From NCBI GenBank assembly GCA_964512765.1, contig CAZEKF010000004.1, positions 15,739 to 79,738 of the forward strand: DNA of 64,000 nucleotides, in the 5' to 3' direction. The DNA comes from an uncultured Methanosarcinales archaeon. Its GTDB lineage: Archaea > Nanobdellota > Nanobdellia > Woesearchaeales > GW2011-AR15. Under the pieces are notes generated by a model that had not been told where the DNA came from, ran no database searches, and worked only from the letters and a program-made list of their open reading frames with translations. The position numbers and the translations under genes were made by a program. Position 1 is the first letter of the stretch. Each line of letters begins with the position of its first letter. This document shows, piece by piece, positions 57,314-64,000 of the stretch.

Positions 57314-59175
57314 TGCAAAAAAAAATAATTTTATTTACTGTATTTTTTTTATGTGTATATCTCTCGTTCGGTGAAATAGGGGAATTCTGTCTACGAACAG
57401 ATGATTGTGGAGAGGAAGAGTTTTGTTTTGAGTGGAATTGTGTACTTCCGGAAACCATCCCCTGTAAGGCATTTGACACGAAAGGTGATGAATTACTTGA
57501 TAATGGAAAAAATTTTCATCAAAAAGGATATGTGGAGTACTACCGCGATGGTAAACTAAGACAATTGCCAGATAAGTGTTGTTCTAGCTGTGATAAACCA
57601 GATATGTTATATGAGGAGTATTGTGATGGGACAGAACCGAAACTTGAAATTATTTCGTGTTCAGAAGTATTCAACGAACAATGCTTTAAAGACAGATGCT
57701 ACCCTTTAGGTTCAGGCGAAGAGGGAGACCCATGTGAGTTTCAAGAAGATTGTAAATCTGATTTAATTTGTTACAACGGTCAATGTATGGATTCTGTAGA
57801 TGTTCCTTGTCTTGAATCTGAGGAAATAAGCAGGAATGTTTTTATTAAAGGATACACAAAAGGTGTTTTGAATGGAAAATTTCAACAACTTGAAGACACT
57901 TGTTGCGATAATTGCGAGACTCCAGAAACAATTTATGAATGGTATTGTGAAGACAATAAACCAAAAGTTGATAAAATACCTTGTGAAAATTTTGGAGCTT
58001 ACTGTGCCAATGATAAATGTGCTTATCTTGATTTTGATTCTGACGGAATTCCGGATTCAATTGAACCAGAAACCTGTCAAGATAGTAAGCCGCTTAGTAA
58101 AGTAGATAAAAGAAACGTAATCCAAGGTAACAGCAACCCTTTTTATGGTTGTTCCTGTGAACAAAGTGCGGAAAAAGTCGAGGTTTTAATGTACAATTAT
58201 GAGCCCGAATATATTAGTTGTAGTAATTTCGATTTAATTAGATTTCCTGATTGTCCAGATGGATTACCTTCAAGTTGTTGTAACGGAGTTTATGATGATT
58301 TTGAATTCTTAATTGATTGTGGTTACTCTTATGGTTCAACATGTGGAAGATGCGAAGGTTATTGTACGAAGGTGCATGATGGTGGAGATTTAGATATCCT
58401 TTTTGTACCAGTTGGATATAGCGGATCACCTTCTGAACACCTTGAGAATAATTTTAATGATTGGGTTGAAAGAATTGATACAGAGATGTTTAAAGTTCTA
58501 TCAACTCCTCCTTTTGACCAAGGACATATAACTTTTTGGACATTTAATGTTTTTGGAATTAATAAAGAACTAAGACAGGCTATCCTAACAGGAGAAGATA
58601 TTAGTACTTTTTATTTACCAGATGAATATGATAGAATGTGTCCAGTTTATATTGATAAGGTTGTGTTTACAACAGTTAATTCAGGTAAGAGTTATGCATT
58701 AGATAAGCTCGGTGGTAAATACATGTTGGTTCGTGATAGGCCAATTGATGTGAATACAATAACACATGAACTTGGACATGCAGTGTGTGGATTAGCAGAT
58801 GAATATATTGATGGGGATTTGGAAGATAAAGTTTATGATGTGGAGCCCAATTGTGATTCGAATCCTGTGCCTGTTTTGGATGATGAAGGAGATCCAGTAA
58901 TTCTTTCTAATGTACCTATTAAGAAAGACATGTTAGGAAATATTCTTTATCAAGATATACCTAAATTGAAATGTAAATGGGAAGATGAATTCCCAGATGC
59001 AGGATGCATTCCAGGATGCGGATACAGAGAAGATAAGTACAGACCCGCAAACCCTCCTTTTTCTATGATGTACAGTAACTATATAGTTGGACCAGGAGAC
59101 AACGGTATGAGTTCATGGAACATAGTAAGCTTTACAACATGTCAAGAAGAACTTGATAAATATGATAAGGGATAA
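57310..59175 (+). CDS. Secreted Cys-rich zinc metalloprotease (M64-like)
   Basis: Signal peptide, duplicated Cys module, DILFVPVGY, HELGH..CGLADEY, SMM Met-turn-like. Confidence 0.8.
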   Translation: MMQKKIILFTVFFLCVYLSFGEIGEFCLRTDDCGEEEFCFEWNCVLPETIPCKAFDTKGDELLDNGKNFHQKGYVEYYRDGKLRQLPDKCCSSCDKPDMLYEEYCDGTEPKLEIISCSEVFNEQCFKDRCYPLGSGEEGDPCEFQEDCKSDLICYNGQCMDSVDVPCLESEEISRNVFIKGYTKGVLNGKFQQLEDTCCDNCETPETIYEWYCEDNKPKVDKIPCENFGAYCANDKCAYLDFDSDGIPDSIEPETCQDSKPLSKVDKRNVIQGNSNPFYGCSCEQSAEKVEVLMYNYEPEYISCSNFDLIRFPDCPDGLPSSCCNGVYDDFEFLIDCGYSYGSTCGRCEGYCTKVHDGGDLDILFVPVGYSGSPSEHLENNFNDWVERIDTEMFKVLSTPPFDQGHITFWTFNVFGINKELRQAILTGEDISTFYLPDEYDRMCPVYIDKVVFTTVNSGKSYALDKLGGKYMLVRDRPIDVNTITHELGHAVCGLADEYIDGDLEDKVYDVEPNCDSNPVPVLDDEGDPVILSNVPIKKDMLGNILYQDIPKLKCKWEDEFPDAGCIPGCGYREDKYRPANPPFSMMYSNYIVGPGDNGMSSWNIVSFTTCQEELDKYDKG

Positions 59176-59197
59176 AGAAAAAGATAAAAAAATTAAA

Positions 59198-59431
59198 TTA
59201 TCTTCGTCCTCGAGCCATTTTAGCTCTTGAAACGTCGCCTTGTTTATCTACAAAGTATAGAAATCCGGATTCTTTTCTAACTCCTACCCGAGCTACTTTT
59301 TCAGTTTTAACTGAACCTTTTTTACGTCCGCCTCTGCTCATTGGAGCTCTTGAGACATCTCCTTGTTTATCTACAAAGTAAAGGTACCCACCTTCTTTTC
59401 TAACGCCTGCTTTAGATACTTTTTCTGCCAT
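59198..59431 (-). CDS. Small basic CC1-like chromatin/nucleic-acid-binding protein with internal duplication
   Basis: Two copies of KV...GVRKE.G.LYFVDKQGDVSRA.M.RG; GAGGAGGT RBS. Confidence 0.75.
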   Translation of the reverse strand: MAEKVSKAGVRKEGGYLYFVDKQGDVSRAPMSRGGRKKGSVKTEKVARVGVRKESGFLYFVDKQGDVSRAKMARGRR

Positions 59432-59593
59432 TTTATTTTACCTCCTCAATAATATAATAGGGAAAACTATTTGATGAAAAACGTATAAATTTCCCCCTCC
59501 GTCTATAAATAGAGGAGATTAAATATTTAAATCTTACTGTTTTTAGCGTCTAAAATAAGAGGAAAACACTAGAATCCTTCAATTTTCTTTACA

Positions 59594-59654
59594 CGAAAAA
59601 ATCTCTCAAAGAGAGATTTTTGATGTCCCGAAAATCTACCTAATGTAGATTTTC
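59594..59654. repeat. Double-hairpin element at 3' end of PIN gene (possible terminator)
   Basis: AAAAATCTCTC-aaa-GAGAGATTTTT, 8-nt spacer, GAAAATCTAC-ctaat-GTAGATTTTC. Confidence 0.6.
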
Positions 59655-60325
59655 ATGACTTCTCTGATTTCATGTTCAGTCACTGAACAGCCGTTTAATT
59701 TCACGCCCCAGAGCAGTCCATCAAGCAAAGTTTTCTTTGGATCGGGTAATTTTAGGTAATAATTTTCAAACATGCCAAGTTCGTATGCAATTGTAACTAA
59801 CTCAAACGATCTGATAACTTTAACACCTTTAACTTCTTTTTTGAACAGTTTAAGATTGTTATCATCAATCATGACGTTAGTATGCAACTTTTTTTTCATA
59901 CGTTTTTTAACTGATAACGGATCTTCTATCAATGACCTTGTTATAAACTCGTCAATAACAACAGCTTCAGCACCTAGTAACTTTAATGCCATTATAGCTT
60001 CAATCTCTGCATATTGTACATTTTTAATATAATTATCGTGTGCTTTGAACAAACTATTTGCAAGGTTTAATAATGTAAGAGATTTATGTTTTAATTCTGG
60101 ATTTTTATAAATCTTAATAATCCCGTCTTGGATTAACTTAAAAACCTGTATTGCTTCATACTTATATTTCTTGCTTGTCAATGGCCTATCAACACATTCA
60201 CGTTTAACAGATTCTGTGATGTAAAACTCGCCGTTAAACTTATCTTTCATTTCCTTGACAAGCCATAATAGATTGTTCATTGCAAGTGTAATAATTGGTC
60301 CTGTATCAAAAACCAGAGCTTTCAT
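59636..60325 (-). CDS. PIN-like domain protein
   Basis: LVFDTGPII, ITESVKRE, AEIEAI, VVIDE acidic pattern. Confidence 0.75.
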   Translation of the reverse strand: MKALVFDTGPIITLAMNNLLWLVKEMKDKFNGEFYITESVKRECVDRPLTSKKYKYEAIQVFKLIQDGIIKIYKNPELKHKSLTLLNLANSLFKAHDNYIKNVQYAEIEAIMALKLLGAEAVVIDEFITRSLIEDPLSVKKRMKKKLHTNVMIDDNNLKLFKKEVKGVKVIRSFELVTIAYELGMFENYYLKLPDPKKTLLDGLLWGVKLNGCSVTEHEIREVMKIYIR

Positions 60326-60861
60326 TTAAACAACCCTCTTGTAAACTTTAACTTATCATGAACATTTGTTTTATGTTCAAACTTGTCAACAATCCGTGTT
60401 TTACCAACATAGTCCATTAATTCCCATAATGATATTCCTAACGCATCAGCAACTTGGCCAAGAGAAATACCATGTTCAAACATTTTAGACGCTTTTTTAA
60501 TTTGTGCACGTTCCAAAACTTCGTTAATGTAAAACTTAGTCTTAGCATCTTTTTCAGTAATATCTTTAACCATATTTTTAATTTCTTTTTCATACTGGTT
60601 AAAACTACCTTTGCTAAGAAACTCTTTAGCATTTGACAAATGTGAAACAATCACATGATCAAGATCTTTCACAGTTTTGTATATTTTTGACATTGAATAT
60701 ATTGTTACTGCAATTGTAATAGAATCTTTATCCTGGAATACTGCAGCGTTATGTATAACATGATCACTAAGTTCTCTTAACTTGAACAAATTACCACTCT
60801 TTATAATAGAGAGAGTTTGTTCAATAACATTTAGAATATCTTTTTTAACAATAGGGTTCAT
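60322..60861 (-). CDS. Hypothetical protein with C-terminal HTH (UPF0175-like)
   Basis: GISLGQVADALGISLWEL; ATGA overlap with the PIN gene. Confidence 0.75.
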   Translation of the reverse strand: MNPIVKKDILNVIEQTLSIIKSGNLFKLRELSDHVIHNAAVFQDKDSITIAVTIYSMSKIYKTVKDLDHVIVSHLSNAKEFLSKGSFNQYEKEIKNMVKDITEKDAKTKFYINEVLERAQIKKASKMFEHGISLGQVADALGISLWELMDYVGKTRIVDKFEHKTNVHDKLKFTRGLFK

Positions 60862-60892
60862 ATAAAATATCAAAAGCATGATTTTATATAAA

Positions 60893-61449
60893 TTATTCGA
60901 ATTTGTATACTTTTATTCCACCGTCAAAATAACGTGTTAGATTAAGTTGTTTTGTATTGTTAAAATAACCAAACAAAGTAAGGTCTTTATCATTACTTTC
61001 TTCATACACACTAACTAGCCATATAGGTTTACTGATAAAATCACTTATTGTTTCACCACCAATCGGACTGTATACTTTACTATTATTTTCGCAACATACC
61101 ACGCTATGGTTTAAGGATAACAGATTATGGTTCTTAAACCCGCACTCGTAAATTTCCCATTCAGTGAAACAATGATCTGAATAATAGTATATGAAAGGGT
61201 CCTGATGATAAAACGGGAAAATAAAGATCATATCATTTTCTTTATTTACATTTTCACCTAAAAACTTTGTAACAGTTTTCCAATCATTTTTTTGTATAGT
61301 GTTTACTTGTGATAACAAAACAAGAAATAACATAATTACTATTGAAATTAAAGCTAAATGTTTAGACTTTGAGTCTAAATATGAAATAAAATAAGAAACA
61401 CAAACAAGATTAGATTATTTTTTGAAACTTTGCCAAAAAGTTTTTTCAT
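60893..61449 (-). pseudogene. Probable remnant of a GT-C (ArnT/PMT-like) glycosyltransferase gene
   Basis: ATG 61449 gives MKKLFGKVSKNNLILFVFLILFHI* out of frame with the 146-aa C-terminal-type ORF (KNDWK...DPFIYYY...IWLV...IKVYKF). Confidence 0.5.
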
Positions 61450-61531
61450 GTTCTGGATTATATGACGAATATTATATAAATTATACTGTTTAAGGTAGAT
61501 TTAAATAAATAGTTTCTTTTAAATTATAATT

Positions 61532-62926
61532 ATGAAAAAACAATCAATTGTTTTTTTTATTTTTTTTATTTTTGTGCTTCAATCTGTACAATTAATTTAT
61601 TTTGTTCATAAAGATAATTCTAACCCAGAATGGGACCAGTCATGGCATTTAATGATAAGTCTTCACAAATACTATAAGTTTAAAGGTATTGACACAACCA
61701 AGTTTGAAAGTGCGTATCCCATATTCAATTGGGCATTAAATTATTACCCACCTTTTTTTCATTATACGACAGTTCCATTTTTCATGATGTTTGGACCTAG
61801 TTATGACAGTGGAATGTTAACAAACTTATTTTATTTAGGAGTTCTAGTACTAAGCTGTTTTTTCATTGGTAAAAAACTTAGTAATAACAAAACAGGATTA
61901 ATCCTAGCGTTTATTGTTTCAACAATTCCGTTATATAATGAGTTAATGCGAGATTATTTGTTAGATTATCCTTTAGTCTCAATGATAGCTTTAGGATATA
62001 TGTTTTTATTATATTCTGATAATTTTAACAATAAGAAATTTTCCATTTTGTTTGGGCTAACTTTTGGATGTGGTTTACTTATTAAATGGTCATATTTTGT
62101 TTATTTTATAATTCCGTTGTTAAAAATAAAAAACCCAAAAAACTACATCTTACCTTTTTCTATTGCTTTTTTAGTTGCTTTACCATTTTACATTAAATTT
62201 AATTTTCTTCAATTATTGGCTAATCTAAGTTCGCAAGGTAACCCTGAATTTTACACTTTTTCAGGTATAACTTATTACTTGTTTGCAATCATTAATGGAT
62301 TTTCATTTGTATATTTTGTCTTATTCTTGTACAGTCTTAAAAACAAAAAAACTAAACCTGTTCTTGGTAATGTTTTTTTCATCTGCGGACTTTTCACACT
62401 GATTTCTAACAAAGACCCAAGATATATTGCACCAGTCTTTATTTTCATGTCAATGGTTATTGCGTGTAACAAATTTATTAGAAAACATTTACTGGTTTTT
62501 ATTATGTTATTTGCTGCTTTTAACCTTGCATATAATTCAAGTATGATTGATTATACGTTTAGTATTGGTAAGACAGAACTAATTAACACACAAAGTAATT
62601 ATCCTTTCATGTCATCAGTAAACCTTAATTCTATTTTTCCATATATGACTAAAACCAATTATACAGTATGTGTGGTTGCTGAACATAATGACATTAATGA
62701 TGTTAGTATCCCATATTATGCAATGAAAGGGAATTACCCAGTAACGTACATGATGGGCAATGGATGCAATCCATTGTATTTTGATTATACAGTACTAGGA
62801 CCTATAAAAAACACGTGGAGACAAAATAATTTCCTTAAATCTAAACAAATATTGCAACAGAATCTTAACAAGTTTAAAATGGTTTATTCAACTGACACTG
62901 TTCAGGTTTATGAAAAAATAGAATGA
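61532..62926 (+). CDS. GT-C fold glycosyltransferase (ArnT/PMT family)
   Basis: WDQSWH, YPPFF, LLDYP, GLLIKW, KDPRYIAP; many TM segments. Confidence 0.85.
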   Translation: MKKQSIVFFIFFIFVLQSVQLIYFVHKDNSNPEWDQSWHLMISLHKYYKFKGIDTTKFESAYPIFNWALNYYPPFFHYTTVPFFMMFGPSYDSGMLTNLFYLGVLVLSCFFIGKKLSNNKTGLILAFIVSTIPLYNELMRDYLLDYPLVSMIALGYMFLLYSDNFNNKKFSILFGLTFGCGLLIKWSYFVYFIIPLLKIKNPKNYILPFSIAFLVALPFYIKFNFLQLLANLSSQGNPEFYTFSGITYYLFAIINGFSFVYFVLFLYSLKNKKTKPVLGNVFFICGLFTLISNKDPRYIAPVFIFMSMVIACNKFIRKHLLVFIMLFAAFNLAYNSSMIDYTFSIGKTELINTQSNYPFMSSVNLNSIFPYMTKTNYTVCVVAEHNDINDVSIPYYAMKGNYPVTYMMGNGCNPLYFDYTVLGPIKNTWRQNNFLKSKQILQQNLNKFKMVYSTDTVQVYEKIE

Positions 62927-64000
62927 AATTAAAAATTATTAGTTCAGTGTTTTTAATATTAATAACTTACTCTGCCAAGTACGTACAAAGACAATCTAAC
63001 ATCATAAATTTTTTTAAAATTTTATTTCCTTTTTTTCTAATATTGCCTGTTGGTTTTTATTTGTTCAAACTGTTTTTTAAACAAGAAAAATCATTGTTGC
63101 GTACATTATTGGGAGGTTTTGCTATATCTGTTTTTTTAAACTATTTTTTAGTTTTAATCCTTGGATTGTTTAATGCTGTTACTTACTCTGCTCTACTAAT
63201 TTTTTATGGAATTTTATTACTTGGTTTAACTATAAAAACCAAACTTGATTTCAAAATAAAAATTAATGTTTATTGCCTTGTTATTTTATTATTAATCCTG
63301 TTCCCTATTGCGTATTACCAAATAACACAAACCAAATATCTTTTGATAGATACCTTGCCATATGTGGGATCTGTTCAACAAGTCTCTTCTTTTAATGATT
63401 ACAATGCATTTTCAAATAACCCTTCTCCGCTTTACTCAGACCATCAAGTGTTACCAATAATTTCAACATATTTTGGAACATTAAGCATTTTTTCAGGTCT
63501 AAAAGCAATTTATGCAATCTCTGGGTTTTTAATTATTCAGAATATATTATTAATACTGAGTTTTTACTTATTATCAGAAACGCTTTTTGGTAAAAAAAGT
63601 GGCAAATGGTCATTATTATTTTTAATAATGTCTTTTGTATGGGCAAGAACATTAGATGTTCGTGGAACAACAATCAGCTTTATTTTTTTATCGGGTGCAT
63701 TAGCGTTTTTAAAAAGAAATAAGATAATGACTTCAATCTTTCTATCATTATGTTTAATGACTAACCCAGCAATAGGTTTGATTGTTTATTTAATAGTAAC
63801 ATTATATGGATTGTTTAATCTCTTGCTTGGAGAACATAAAGAAACTGTTGGTTCAGTAAGGTCAATAATAATTTCAATACTTTTTTCATCTGTTTATCTA
63901 TATTCAAATGTTAAGGAACTTGTTTCTCCTTTAATTTTTCTCATTGGTTTAATTTTGTTAATAATATTGTACTTCCTTACTTATATAAAATTCAAGTTTA
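62923..64000 (+). CDS. Polytopic membrane protein, partial (runs off the window)
   Basis: ATGA overlap with the upstream stop; hydrophobic frame MKLKIISSVFLIL... that appears open to the window end. Confidence 0.75.
   Translation, partial: MKLKIISSVFLILITYSAKYVQRQSNIINFFKILFPFFLILPVGFYLFKLFFKQEKSLLRTLLGGFAISVFLNYFLVLILGLFNAVTYSALLIFYGILLLGLTIKTKLDFKIKINVYCLVILLLILFPIAYYQITQTKYLLIDTLPYVGSVQQVSSFNDYNAFSNNPSPLYSDHQVLPIISTYFGTLSIFSGLKAIYAISGFLIIQNILLILSFYLLSETLFGKKSGKWSLLFLIMSFVWARTLDVRGTTISFIFLSGALAFLKRNKIMTSIFLSLCLMTNPAIGLIVYLIVTLYGLFNLLLGEHKETVGSVRSIIISILFSSVYLYSNVKELVSPLIFLIGLILLIILYFLTYIKFKF

Noticed and set aside
591-62472. Many short ORFs in the track that are antisense to or nested in longer genes (e.g. 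37343-37978, 11913-12332, 19099-19497)
   Set aside because: Shadows of well-supported genes with no motifs or RBS
1-64000. CRISPR array, rRNA, transposase or integrase
   Set aside because: No regularly spaced direct repeats, no long GC-rich structural RNA and no recombinase motifs seen

Overview
AT-rich archaeal chromosome segment. Gene content (archaeal rps13-rps4-rps11-rpoD-tRNA-Leu-rpl18e-rpl13-rps9 cluster, GatD, archaeal PEP carboxylase, HerA/Mre11, many class III signal-peptide proteins, giant Cys-rich surface proteins) suggests a DPANN/Woesearchaeota-like organism; this taxonomy is inferred. No rRNA, CRISPR array or transposase was seen. Most notable unannotated signals: (1) short, apparently leaderless ORFs followed by hairpins and U-tracts whose codons match the downstream gene: MYSLWKTLAVVVVQ before valS, an aspartate-family-rich peptide before ppcA-aspS, and an Ile/Leu/Val-rich peptide before an ORFan, together resembling leader-peptide attenuation in an archaeon; (2) a pilin-like protein with a C-terminal cohesin-like domain next to a 2058-aa anchorless adhesin with a dockerin-like domain; (3) a dispersed double-hairpin element found over two ribosome-binding sites, inside a tRNA-Leu intron and at a gene 3' end; (4) tRNAs with non-canonical introns; (5) a bacterial-type AspRS fused to a YbaK-like domain, clustered with gatCAB.
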